A DNA stretch of 64,000 bases. Origin: Azolla caroliniana (lineage: Eukaryota > Plantae > Polypodiophyta). A model generated the notes under the pieces. That model was not told the DNA's origin, ran no database searches, and worked only from the letters and a program-made list of their open reading frames with translations. Where the stretch lies: the NCBI GenBank assembly GCA_043228905.1, contig JBHGNT010000002.1, positions 20,584,001 through 20,648,000 of the forward strand. The letters run 5' to 3'. Within the stretch, counting starts at the first letter, position 1. Each line of letters begins with the position of its first letter. The position numbers and the translations under genes were made by a program. Positions 1 through 12,097 of this stretch are shown piece by piece.

Positions 1-947
1 GGGGTTCTTGATTGCTAATTTTTAACAATCAACCATTGGATTAACAACCAACTACACAATCCTATTTAATTGGCTGAATGGCCTAGTTATAATGGTCAGT
101 CCATAGAAGAATCACTGTATATATATTGTTATAATATAGAAAAGGAAGTGTGTCTTGTCTCTTATCAAATCTTCATATTAATCTGTGTTCATGCCATGTT
201 ATATTGTTATTATCTCTCGCTTCTATTCTTCTCTGGTATTCTCCTGTCTATGCAGGGCATGCAAAAAAATATCATAGGCAAGCATTGGGAGCAGGGGCAT
301 TAAGGTTAGGACACATTCTGAGTGTCTCCTCATTCTCCTAAAAATAACATTATGAATAGTAGGTCTATCAAGATGCCCTTAGTCTAAACTAATCTGCATT
401 AACCATTGGGTAGTGTAACTGTCTTGTGCTGCCCTTTAATGCTTGTTTTATGTAGGTTAGACTGGGATAGTGAATAGAGATTTCACTCAAAAAGAGTTAA
501 GAGAAAGCCAAAGATGCAAAGGTAATCTCTGCCTGCCAATCGGAACAATCCCAATGTAATTTGGGTTTAATTCGTTCAATCAAATCAGTAGGTAGTAACG
601 GCATACAAACTAATTTTAATGTTGGGGTTTTTTATAGTGCCAACCCTACATCACGCGAAACTGTTATATCTAGCATTTAGTTATGCCCACTATTCAAGAA
701 ATGGGCCTATCACAGGTTTGCCTTAATACTTTTGCTAATATTGTCATACTACAGGAGACCAGTTGTCTTAACTTCCATAAATCTAGCACATACTACATCC
801 ATTTCTAGCTAGGAAACTATTCTTTTTACATTACAGAAAGCACTGATTATGGAAGCATAATATTATCTCCAACCTATATATATACATTGCTGAAAAACAG
901 AATTGGTAGTAAACAATCCTTTGTTTACATTGGGTTTTTAAGGCCGT

Positions 948-2070
948 TTACAGACGAACTTCAAACCATTGGACTACACCGGATCCATCACATATCTCGA
1001 GTTCACATGCCGATTCCAACAGATATGTAGTGGCGGCATCCAGGTCATTAAATCTCGAAAGATCATCAGGGAGAGAGCTATTTGGCCAATTTTCAAGCCA
1101 TCCTCTCAATCTCGTTCGAAGCTCTTCCAAGTCGACAAACACTTCATCTTTCCCGGGTTCAATGAGCACATAATCTTCACAGTCCCCGTATAGTGCGGAT
1201 CTTGAACCTAGCTTAGCAAACACCTTGTGATGCCAGAAAATCTCAACTTAGTCAGAGATTTAGAATAATATTGATAAGTCGGATACCTGATTATAGATAT
1301 CCAAGTAACAAAACTGAAATGGTTTTAATTTTATCAGGATACAAGGCATAGTATGGGTTTTCAGCAGCAAATTTCAAATTACATTGTACATGTGTGGATC
1401 GAATTGCAAGGTTATGTATGTTGTTTAAGGCCTCTGACAGTGATGGGATCACATAGCTAATATTCCGATTGTCACTGTGTTGATCCATTCGTTCCAAAGC
1501 AAAGCAGTCTTAGGCCTACTTGGAGAAAAAGATATCTAATGTTATCTTAAGAGAATTTAAATCTAATTCATTGGTTCTAACTGATTGTGTTTGTGTTTGG
1601 CTGAGTCTGAGAAATTGCAGTACATATTTCACCTTCATTCTTCAACAAACTCATGAATCACGATAGAATCCTCTCTTCTAATATATGCATGTATAAGATA
1701 TGGCATAAGAAAATCAGGACTAACCAAAATAGAATTGAAATATGGATCATTCAGAGTGACAGTAAAAAACCCAAATTTGTTAACAAGACATTCCTTGTCA
1801 GAAAAGGAGGAATATTGGATGCAGTGATGAAGAAGAATGGAACACGGTAATACTTACAGGAGATATAGAGGAGGATCCATTCTTTGAGATCGAATCCGCC
1901 ACGGAGCTCCCAACATTGATGACCTTAGGTTCTGTCCATGGAGAACAAGAAGACAATGGGAGAGGATATAGAGAAGCAGAAGTAGAGGTAGTAGAAGGAA
2001 GAGGATGAAGAGGACGATGGTGATGGAGCAGAGGCCATGGCTGCAGGAAAATCTGAGCCATTTGATGCAT
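948..2070 (-). CDS. CRR7: Chlororespiratory reduction 7 (chloroplast NDH complex assembly factor), 2 exons: 2070(or 2061)-1858 and 1223-948
   Basis: Exon 2 translates to YVLIEPGKDEVFVDLEELRTRLRGWLENWP..LPDDLSRF..LD.A..YL..ACELEI..G.VQWFEVRL, the CRR7 domain. Exon 1 is a Ser/Pro-rich transit-peptide-like 71 codons ending CCT|GTAAGT. The phase-0 acceptor CAAG|GTG joins it in frame. Confidence 0.9.
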
Positions 2071-2498
2071 TATCTTCTTCTTCTTCTTCTTCTTCTTCTT
2101 CTGGTTTTTGGGTTCCGATTTTGGAAATTACAATGAATACCCCTGCCCAAAAATTTGCTATAATTCTGCAGCATACCCCTCTCACACATCAAAAGACACG
2201 CAGAAAACCACCTGTCAAAACAAATTGATTGCAGTTTGTGCGTTGATGGTATGCCTCGAGCATTCGTAACATACCCACAACTCTTGTCAAAAATCGATTC
2301 ATACATTCCAATTGTCATTCCTGAATTGATTCTGAATTTGTTCATTGGGTTACAGACGAAAAGTTAAAACTAGCGGGTTCCTTTTAGGTGGGCAGAAAGT
2401 GTGTCAATGACAAGCCCCAACCCAAATCGAATGATCCGTTTCGCTCCTAATTACCATTGCATAGGGGGGTATAATTATTTTTCCGTTGAAGCGTTGTT

Positions 2499-2499
<1 letters not shown>

Positions 2500-2543
<44 letters not shown>

Positions 2544-2823
2544 GAAGGAAGGAAGATATATTAACATATTCTAAGACCAAATTTGGCCCATGATACAATT
2601 GGTTACAATAATGGGATGTGTACCCAATCATCGAAAAAATAAAAAAAATAAAAAAACATAGATGAAAGAGTTTTAGTTTGGTACCAAGGATATTAAGGAA
2701 ATGATTATATGCTGGGACTAGTTTCATTTCCATCCAAGTCTCTTGAAATGGGGCGAGCTCATGTCAAAGGGTTTCGATGTGGGTGTGGCATGTGGTCTCA
2801 ATGTAAAAGCTATCCTAACCATA
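2500..2823 (-). mobile_element. 3' end of a non-LTR retrotransposon (LINE copy 1) abutting a (GA)n tract
   Basis: 2540-2823 aligns by eye with 43870-44140, the 3' end of LINE copy 2 (gatatattaac..ctaag.ccaaatttggcccatga..; tttcatttccatccaagtctc..tcaaaggg..gatgtgg..caatgtaaaag). Confidence 0.8.
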
Positions 2824-3135
2824 TTGTAAAGAAACATGTGTGATTATGTGTAGCGGAAAGAGTATGTACATGTGTGTGTGTGAGAGAGAGAGAGAGAGAA
2901 AGAGAGAAAACATGTATACAGAAAACTCAAAAACTGTATTAACAAGAATGACCAACAACAATTACAAAGAAGCGGAGAAGGTGCTTATATAGTCACCTTC
3001 TCTATATATTCTCTTACTACAACAACCGCTTGGGAAAGAGGTGGAGTCTTATCTGCCTACTAACTATGTGTCATAGAACGGTGTCATAGGAGTTAAGTTC
3101 TATTACACATTAGTTATGATACAAGGTAGTGGGGT

Positions 3136-3523
3136 TGTAAAGAATCAAGAGATGGATTCTTGTGAAGCGGAATAGGTGTGAACCGTGTGTGTGTGTGTGT
3201 ATCAGATAGAGAGAGAGAGACACACACACACACAGAGTATACGCAAGGTTAAGTATATTAACAAAGGAGAAAGACACAACAAAATACAAGGTGGGAGGAG
3301 GGTGCTTTATATAGTCACCCTCTCTCTTCATTAACTACAAGACTCATGGAGCATGGGGAATGTGAAAGCTCATAAGTTATGTGTCATAGAATATGATTCT
3401 ATGACTCATACTAAATGCTAGAATACAAAGTGGTGACTTAATGGTGACTCTTGACCGTTGGAGTGTCTATTCACTCTCAAGGTGAGTTCACACACTAGAC
3501 CAAGTTGAGCTTGATTCTCAACA
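3136..3523 (-). repeat. 3' LTR of the copia element
   Basis: TG...CA termini. Near-identical to 8193-8428 apart from microsatellite length and an internal segment missing from the other copy. Confidence 0.9.
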
Positions 3524-3730
3524 CGCCCCCTCAAGCTCAAGTCGGGTCAGTTTCAAACGGTATCCGAAATCCGCTTCTACTCGCATCGGCGTTCCGGAGT
3601 CTGCGTCGACTCGCATTTATGTGGAGTTGCGGAATCTGTGCTCCAGCTTGCATTGTGCGTAGTTGCGAAGTTTGTGCTTCGGCTTGCGTCTTTCTTCGCG
3701 ACTTCGTTGTGCGGTTACGGAATCTACGCA

Positions 3731-5029
3731 TTATTGCGATTGCGTAGTGTCTTGCGTACTCCCCCTCAAGCTTGGCAGGTCAGGGATCGTCAATCCGAGA
3801 TCGGTCATGAATTGCCATAGCTTCTTGGCTCCTAAAGCTTTAGTGAAGATGTCAACTGTTTGAAGATTGGTGCTAAAGTGTTGTAGGTCGACATCGCCAG
3901 CTAGAACGCGCTCTCGGATGAAGTGATAGTGCACTTCAATGTGCTTTGTCCGAGCCAAATAAATACTACTCATGTTGTCGCAGTAAAGGGAGGTCGGATC
4001 CTTGATGGGTACGCCCAGATCCTTCAAAATCCTCTTGAGCCATACGGCTTCACACGCAGCTACGGCTACGCCCCTATATTCCCCCTCCGTACTCGAAAGA
4101 GTGACGGTAGACTGCTTCTTGCTACTCCAGGATATTGCTCCGCTGCCGAGGGAGAAAACAAATCCGGAGGTTGACCTTCTATCGGCTTTGTAGCCGGCCC
4201 AATCGGCGTCTGTATACCCCTCGAGTCGTATTGGCATCGCGGTCTTGTAGAGGATGCCACAATCCATTGTGCCGCTCACGTATCGTAGAACTCGCTTAGC
4301 ACAATCCAAGTGAGTATCACGCGGTGTTTGCCTAAATTGGCTAAGGAGACCGACCGGATAACAGAGGTCGGGTCGTGTGATCATGAGGTAGATGAGACTC
4401 CCGATGAGTTGTCGATACTGAGTCAGCTCACATGCTTTGGTGTTGGAGTTCGCATCGAGTTTGAGATTGCGATTGAGTGGGGTTGCCGCGGATTTGCACT
4501 CAGACATACCAAACTTGTATAACAAGTTGAGGATGTAGTGTTGTTGCGAGATCATGATTCCGGCCGGAGTTCGAATTACCTCGATGCCGAGGAAGTAGTG
4601 GAGCTCCTTCATGTCCATCATCTCGAACTTGTCAGAAAGGAGGGATTTGACCTTATTGATTTCGACGAGATGCTCACCTCCAATGACTAGGTCATCCACA
4701 TATAAGATGATGACAATCAGACTTCTGGAATCGCTGCGTATGTAGAGGGAGTTGTCCAATTTTGACATACGGAATCCAATTTGATGAAGATATTGCGTTA
4801 TCTTCGAATGCCAAGCATGCGGTGCTTGCTTGACGCCGTAGAGTGGCTTCTTGAGTCGGCATACAACTTTCGGATGGGTGCTCGAGTTGAAGCCAGGTGG
4901 TTGTATCATGTTCACCTCCTCTTCTAATTCGCCTTGTAGAAAGGCGTTCTTGACGTCCATTTGATGGAGGTGCCACCCTTTCGCCGCGGCAAGCGCAATT
5001 ACGGTCCGTACCGTCGTCATTTTTGCCAC
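3731..5029 (-). pseudogene. Copia RT-RNaseH ORF fragment
   Basis: 432-aa ORF with RT and RNaseH motifs. The canonical NPVFHAR segment is missing (SIYLARTKHIEVHYHF) and upstream pol is frameshifted. Confidence 0.9.
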
Positions 5030-8000
5030 CGGGGCAAAGGTCTCTTTGTAGTCAACTCCGTGCGTTTGGGCGTAGCCTTTCGCTACGAGTCACGCTTTGT
5101 AGCGGTTGACGGAACCGTCAGCGTTGTACTTCACTTTGTAAATCCATCTGCATTCGATCGCCTTTTTGTGTAGTGAGGTGGGAACAAGATCTCACGTCTC
5201 GTTCTTGCGTAGTGCCTGCATCTCCTCGTTCATTGCTTCGATCCATCACGGGTCCTTTGCGGCTTCCGAAAAGGTTTTCGGCTCCCGTACTATCGCTACC
5301 TTCATCATAAAGGCGTAATGCTATGCCATATAATCGTTGTAGCCGAATCGGCATACTGGGTTCTTTTCACGGGTGGAGCGGCAGAGTTTTTCATTTGCGG
5401 AGATGAGGGCTTTCTTAGCTCCAATTGGTACCTCGAAACCGCCGAACTCGTTGTCGAGTGAGTGAATCGACTCATCGTCATTGAAGCGATCGTCTTCGTA
5501 TTCCGACATTTTCGCCTTGCCTTTGTCCATCTTCGGGCTAGGCCGTGATGTGCTTTGATCGCTCAAAGGCTCTTGTGGTCCGCTCAATCGGATCGTGATC
5601 GGACTTTCTTCGAATATGCGCGTAAGGCGATCTTAATCCTTGATCTCTTGTTCGGCGAATTCCGGGTGGAGTGGAGTTGGAGTCGGAGTTGTCTCTGGTG
5701 CGTACCAGCATGCGGACTTGTCAAAAACGACTTCTCGACTTACTCGAGATTTTCGAGTTGAAGGGTTGTAGCAGTTGTACCCCTTTTGCTCCGGTGAGTA
5801 TCCTACGAGGATACATTACTCCGACTTCGGGTCAAGCTTTAGACGCTTCTCGTCGGGGATGTGCACGTATGCTATCGCGCCGAATATCCGGATGTGCGAT
5901 AAGTCCGGCTTCTTTCCGAAGTATTTTTCGTGCGGAGTGACCTCGTGCACGCCGGATGTTGTGCACCGGTTCATTAGGTAGACGGCCGTATTTGCAGCTT
6001 CAGCCCAATATGACTTGGGCATATGCTTCTCGTTCATCATGGCCCGCGCTACTTCAAGGATGTGCCGATTTTTGCGCTCAGCTACTCCGTTTTGTTGTAG
6101 AGTGTGTCGGCAAGTGAATTCTCGCCGAATTCCTTCCTTTCAGAGATATGCCGTGAAGTCGTCCGAGAAGTACTCCTTGCCGCCATCCGATCGAAGACAA
6201 CGTACATGTCGGCTCGTGGCTTTCTCGACTTCATTCTTGAAAGTTTGGAAGTGTCTGAACACTTCGCTCTTTTGCCGCATCGGGTAGATCCAAGTGTGCC
6301 TGGAGAAGTCGTCGATAAAGAGCACATAATATCGGCATCTGCCGAATGTAGCCGTCTACGCCGGTCCCCATACGTCGGAATGGACTACGTCGAGTAGACC
6401 TTTGCTCACGTTCCGCTCTTTCGGGAATGGGTGTCGGTGTTGCTTGCCGAATTGGCACGCTTCGCATACACCTTCAATCTCCTTCTCTTTGAATGTTGGG
6501 AATCCGATGACAACTCCTTTCGATTTCATTGCTTTGAGCTTTTGGAGATTTATATGGCCAATCCACTTGTGCCATAACTCTATGTCGGAGTCGGCTTTCA
6601 TGCCCTTTGCGAACATGGCGGATTTCATCTCGTGTGAGTTGAGAATGAACATTCGGCCCTCTCTTCGTCCGCGTGCGATGAGTCGGCCCTCTTTTTCAAT
6701 GAAGCAACCGCCTTGATTAAATCGAACTTGCATCCCTTGCTCTACAATTTGGCCGATGGAGACCAAATTCTTCGTAATGGTCGGTACATGCAAGACATTT
6801 GCAATGTAATTTTGCTTACCTTCTTTTCCAAACGCAACATTGCCGATGTGCCGAATCGGGTGCGTAGTGTCGTCTCCGGTTTCGACATAGCCGGGTCGGT
6901 CTGGCTCTCGAAGTTCTCGGAACCATTCTTGATGCGATGTCATATGGTTCGAGGCACCGGAATCGACGAACCATACGTCTTCCAGACCGGAGGCACTAGT
7001 TGAGGTAGAGGCCGACATAGAGTTTGCTCTATGTTTTATCATGAACATTCCGCCACGGTCGGAGTTGCGTGTATACATTCCGCCACGATCTTCGTAGTCG
7101 GAGTTGTTCCCGTACATTCCGCTATACTCTTCGTAGTCAGAGTTGTGTCCGTAATTCGTGAGTTGTCGGCTTGTAGAAGCCGATTCACGCATCTTCTTTC
7201 GACACTCTTCTTCGTGGTGGCCGAGCTTTCCGCAATATCCGCATTCGGTTGTGTTTTGATGGCTCGGCCGGAGTGGAAGCTCCCCCTTCTTGCGAAGGTT
7301 CCTCGTTGGCTTACGTTTCACGGCCGAAATTGGGAGTTGTTGTCATAGGTCGGACCTCGTCCGCCTTGTCCTTGGCCGAATCGGCCTCTCGCTCGTCCGC
7401 GTGCTCTTCCTCCGTTCGAGTATGTGCAGAACATGTGGCCTCCGACTCATTGCTCATTCTACGCACGTGGTTTTCTTCGACCAATAGCATTGATTGGAGC
7501 TCGAAGAAGGAGGGAGATTTCTCCCTTGCTAGAACGGCGGTTCGCATCGCGCCGAACCGTGGTGCGAGGCCGCCGAGGCATATTTGCACCATCTCATCAT
7601 CATCGATACTTACGCTTATTGAGCCGAGTGAGTCACAAAGTTCCTTGATCTTCAAGGTGTATGTCATGATGGACATGTCCATTTGTTGAATGTTGTTCAA
7701 CTCTTGGCGGAGTTAAGGCTTCCTCGCGGTCGTGTTGGCGGCGAAAATCTTTCGTAGATTTTCCCACGCTTCCTTCGACGTTTTGGCTTCTCGAATGTAA
7801 CCGAGCATGTCGTCATGAACACATGTTTCTAAAGAATACATCACATGGCTTGCAGCTTGCTCCCATGTCACGTATTCGGGAGCCGTGTCGACGGGTCGGT
7901 CTTCGTGCGTTCCTTTGATGTAGCTCCAATAGCCTTGTCCGACAAGGTATTGGTGCAGCTTGTACTCCCAAGATGCGAAGTTGTTTCGATCCAACTTCTC

Positions 8001-8192
8001 GGTAGGGAGAGCACTCCCCATTTGAGTATTCATTATGTCGATTCTTCTTCTTCTTCTTCTCTCTTCGAATGCGAGCTATATAGCGAAACTACGTTAGCGA
8101 TAAGCCGGTTCTTGGTCGTTGGCATGGAGCACAACACATGATCACAATGAGGCGAATGAGCTAGATCAAACTACCAAATCGCTCTGATACCA

Positions 8193-8239
8193 TGTAAAGA
8201 ATCAAGAGATGGATTCTTGTGAAGCGAAATAGGTGTGAA

Positions 8240-8277
<38 letters not shown>

Positions 8278-8428
8278 CAGATAGACACACACACACACAC
8301 ACACACAGAGTATACGCAAGGTTAAGTATATTAACAAAGGAGAAAGACACAACAAAATACAAGGTAGGAGGAGGGTGCTTTATATAGTGAGTTCACACAC
8401 TAGACCAAGTTGAGCTTGATTCTCAATA
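8193..8428 (-). repeat. 5' LTR of the copia element, with an internal deletion of about 170 bp and terminal CA read as TA on the + strand
   Basis: It reads ..ttatatagt|gagttcacac.., whereas the other LTR reads ..ttatatagtcaccc...caaggtgagttcacac.. Confidence 0.9.
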
Positions 8429-8654
8429 GGGGTGTTCACACAGTTGGTTGCGCCTAAGGTGTGTTTCCACACTAGGGAAGTTGAGTTTGATTCTCAACAC
8501 ACCCCTTCAAACACAACTTCCAGTTACTAGATAGTTGGCTTAGGACTAGACTGGTAGGGTATCCGGCTTCAGCTGGCTTCGATTTCGGCTTTCTTGACCA
8601 ACCGGTTCGACGCTTTGATTATGCTTGCTCAACGCTTTGATCCAACTATCTCAA

Positions 8655-9475
8655 TTGGTCTATGAGAGAGTGTTAGACTTGTGACATTTAGTCCTAACCT
8701 GAGTAGTGTGGAAGATAACGACTTTAGTTCTCCCTAGATTCACTACCAATCCTCTTTGTGTACAAAAGCCATCTAAGGCATTAAGGTGCGTTTGCAAGTC
8801 AGGTTCCAACTCAAAGAGTAAAACTATGTCATCTACATAAGGAAGAGATTGACTTGCGTACCCCCTAGTACTATTTATTTGCCTCCCGTACAAGCAATAA
8901 AATTAGTAACCTCCTCAATGTTGATACCAAAAAGAGTGTGTGATAGGGGACAACCTTGTTTTACACCAATGTTGCTAGTGAAGCAATTGGATAGGTCGTT
9001 CCAACATCATACACACCTAGAGACTTGCTCATATAAAGCATAGATGGCCCAAATCATGTCATTCGGTATTTCTAAGCTTTTAAGCCTTTCAAAACCACTC
9101 TCTAGGGACAGTGTCAAAGGCTTTGTGAAAGACCACAAAACAACAATATAATTTCCTCTTGTGAGCCTTGGTTAGGTTAATTAAGCATCTAAGTGTGAAG
9201 ATATGTTCAATAGTAAAGAAGGCTCATCTAAAGTTGGCCTATTCGGGTGCTCAAAGTCCTTAATGTCTCCATATAATTGATGAGCTCTTCTTCCATTTCT
9301 ACACCATATAGTTTAGCGCACATATGACCAATCATTATGGCCCTATATGTATTTGGGCCCATGGGATCCCCTCCTTTATGTATAGGGGTTACTATGTTCA
9401 TAGTCTATTGTGGTGAAAAACCCTCTATGAGGGCACAATTGAAGAGTAGAGTGAGAAAAGGAGCTAGGCACTCTC
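8655..9475 (-). mobile_element. LINE RT fragment (copy 1, internal part), same family as 43870-46835
   Basis: The translation includes YVDDIVLL..LNALDGFCTQRGLVVNL..TKV.IF. The DNA aligns with 45430-46250. Several stops and frameshifts are present. Confidence 0.85.
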
Positions 9476-9673
9476 AAAGTTATGTGCCTTCCATTCTTGT
9501 TCAACATTAGATTATATTGATTGAAGAGAACCAAAGGAGCAATGGTACAAATCTCACAGTTGAAGAGTAGAGTGAGAAAAGGAGCTAGGCACTCTCAAAG
9601 TTACGTGCCTTCCATTCTTGTTCAACATTAGATTATATTGATTGAAGAGAACCAAAGGAGCAATGGTACAAAT
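9434..9673. repeat. Tandem duplication, 121-bp period, 2 copies, spanning the 5' break of the LINE fragment
   Basis: ttgaagagtagagtgagaaaaggagctaggcactctcaaagtta...gagcaatggtacaaat occurs at about 9439 and 9560. Confidence 0.9.
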
Positions 9674-11432
9674 GATTAGTGGTCACTTATAAAAAATGAG
9701 TCTAGCCTTGTAAGCACCAACAAAGACATGGTTGTCTTTGGTTTGTATGGGTAACGGACCTTGCATCAGTGTTGTATTCTATAGTTGTTCCCAAATCAGG
9801 TGGAATGTGAAATAATTGCCACACTTAAATCAAATCCAAAAATCTCTAAGATCAAGCATCAATTGCATCTACCACCTCGTTAACCCCTGAAACAAGTGAT
9901 TTAATATGGATACGATCTCTCCTTTCCATGCCAACATAGTAATCGAGAAGATACGTGTTATTGCTTTAATGAGGGATTAAAATGCTCTCTATAGTTTCTG
10001 GTGCACACACACTCCTGAGCCTCGTGCAAAAAAATTATTTGTAGTGAATCCTATTCTATGTATATATAATTTCAAGAAACAATGTGTAAAAACTCAAGTG
10101 TGAGAAGATTACATATTTATGAGTTAAATCCCAAGTCCATGACAAGGAAAATTAAGGTTTGAATGTATAAGTCAATGATAACCATATTATGTGACAAGGA
10201 ACTTCTAGTTATTGTTGATTTTTTTTATGCATCGTTAGCGTTTTTCAAAGAAACTCTCCTAAGACTCTTAAATGAGGAATTTTATTTTGTAAATAAGTTT
10301 GTCATTATTCATAAACATGTAAGTGTCGCACTTGAGTTCAAGAATCAATACCATATGCTCATTGGATCTCATCCACATTCTAGTGAATGAGGGATTTTAT
10401 TTATGAAATAAACAACTATAGATGTATCAAACTCAAGTGCTACGCTTGCATATTTATGAGTGAACCCCTTGTCCATGACAAGGAACATTTAGTTACTATT
10501 GAATTTTGATAGATAGCAACATTTCTCAGAAGGAACTATCACAAAACTAAAGTGTGTTGAAATTAACTTTGGAACTAGAATATACATTTTGATTGTGAGT
10601 TAAGAGTGTGCTCATAAATGTATAGATCCCTTCCCCTAGTGAAACGTAGGCTAATATGCAGTCATGGTTATGTCACTCCACTTAGAGCATTTAGATCCAA
10701 AAGAACTCCACAATTTATGTCATCAGAGGTTAGTGCGCTTCACAAGTGGGATAAGAAGCATTGATGAATATATAGTACAAGATTGTTTAAGTAAGTTGTA
10801 GGATAATGATAATCGGTCAATTGTATCTTGTTAATATTATTACATCACATTACGATAGTCCATCTAGTGCCCACTTTATAATGAACATATAGAGTCTCCT
10901 TAGCTATAGTGCACAGATCAATAGTCTTTAGTTTAGGAGGAGAAACATATTGCATCTCATCTAGGCAATGTTGCATATTGCATCTTGTAATTCAATATTC
11001 GGATATCGCCTTTTAATTTTGAGATTGAAACTTGACATTGAGATAAATGTTAATAAATCATCTCGAAACAAAAGTGTAGATGAAGCTTTATTAACCTTGT
11101 AGTACAATTTGTTTTTTCCTTTTTCTATCTTTCATAGGTGGAAAGTGATGAGCACTTACAACAACAATGCATCTCTTGCTTTTTATTCTCACAAGTGGAA
11201 AGTAGTCAGCACTTACTAGTACATATCTTGCTTTTAAACACTATCATACATTGACAACTTTTGTCGTGTTTTGTTGTACCCAACAAGCTCTTATAGTTTA
11301 TATATAAATGAAGGGTATTTAGAGCTAGCATTCATTAGCATTGTGCCCAACAAGCTTCCATTTTAACATACATTTTAAAGGGAAACCCATATTGGGCAAT
11401 ATATTTCTTTCTACACTAGCATTGCACATGAG

Positions 11433-11840
11433 ATGACATCAATGGCCATGGTGAAGGAGGTAATTATGGCAATGGTATTGGTATTGTTGGCGGCAACAAC
11501 ATCTAGTGCAGGGCCCCTAGACACAACAGTTGTACTAGCAAAATGCACTGGTGAGACTATCCCACAAGGGAGCCCATTCTTAGGCCATTTAGGGACGACC
11601 TTGATTCAATTATCCGAGAACACTGCCTACGTTGATGGGTTCCATTTCAAGGTGCAAAATGGTGGTGGAAATTGTCCAGCCTTTGGAGAGGCATCATGTG
11701 ATTTATCACTTTCAGTGGATGATTGTTGTCATTGTGTCTCTACCCTTGCCAATGATATTTGGCGCATCTGCAATAATGCTATTGGAGCTGAAGTCCACTA
11801 TTCCTCTTGCTTCATTCGATATGAACAATTCCGGTTTTGA
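11433..11840 (+). CDS. Secreted single-domain Gnk2/DUF26 (stress-antifungal, ginkbilobin-2-like) protein, intronless
   Basis: Hydrophobic signal peptide, C-X8-C-X2-C motif (SCDLSLSVDDCCHC) and C-terminal GA.V.Y..CFIRYE. TATA-like TATATAAAT at about 11301. Confidence 0.9.
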   Translation: MTSMAMVKEVIMAMVLVLLAATTSSAGPLDTTVVLAKCTGETIPQGSPFLGHLGTTLIQLSENTAYVDGFHFKVQNGGGNCPAFGEASCDLSLSVDDCCHCVSTLANDIWRICNNAIGAEVHYSSCFIRYEQFRF

Positions 11841-11969
11841 ACTATTACATAGCCAATGGTTTCTTTATTAGTGGGTTTATGGTTATGGCTCTCAATATAT
11901 GTTAATATCCCCATTTGGTTTTCCCCTACTAACAATATATGTGAGAAGCATGTTTTGTTAGTAAATGAA

Positions 11970-12097
11970 TACAATGGGCAGTGTTGTATCTATAAGATCA
12001 TTATGTGTGATGCTAGTAAAATAAAATGTTGGGTACAATGGGCAGTGTTGTATCTATAAGATCATTATGTGTGATGTTGGTAAAATAAAAGGTTGGG
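11970..12097. repeat. 64-bp tandem duplication downstream of Gnk2
   Basis: tacaatgggcagtgttgtatctataagatcattatgtgtgatg..gtaaaataaaa.gttggg occurs at 11970 and 12034. Confidence 0.9.

Larger units (their letters stand above)
3136..8428 (-). mobile_element. Ty1/copia LTR retrotransposon, near full length, with frameshifted gag-pol
   Basis: LTRs at 3136-3523 and 8193-8428, 5-bp TSD GGGGT (3131-3135 and 8429-8433), PBS TGGTATCAGAGC (tRNA-iMet type) at 8192-8181, PPT at about 3524-3533. Domains in order: gag (7311-8033), CCHC knuckle and protease WFVDSGAS (6356-7321), integrase (LRSDGGKEY; WAEAANTAVYL), RT (QMDVKNAFL, YVDD) and RNaseH (TDADWAG, DIFTKAL). Confidence 0.97.
2825..8499 (-). mobile_element. 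Older copia-family LTR (2825-3135 plus 8429-8499) interrupted by the younger copia element
   Basis: Starts TGTAAAGAA and ends GTTGAGTTTGATTCTCAACA, the same termini as the younger LTR. It is followed by a PPT-like CACCCCTTC and a short internal remnant to about 8650. Confidence 0.6.

Noticed and set aside
1925-2185. Alternative first exon for CRR7 (MASAPSP..)
   Set aside because: It hits a stop before the splice donor, whereas the other frame joins exon 2 correctly.
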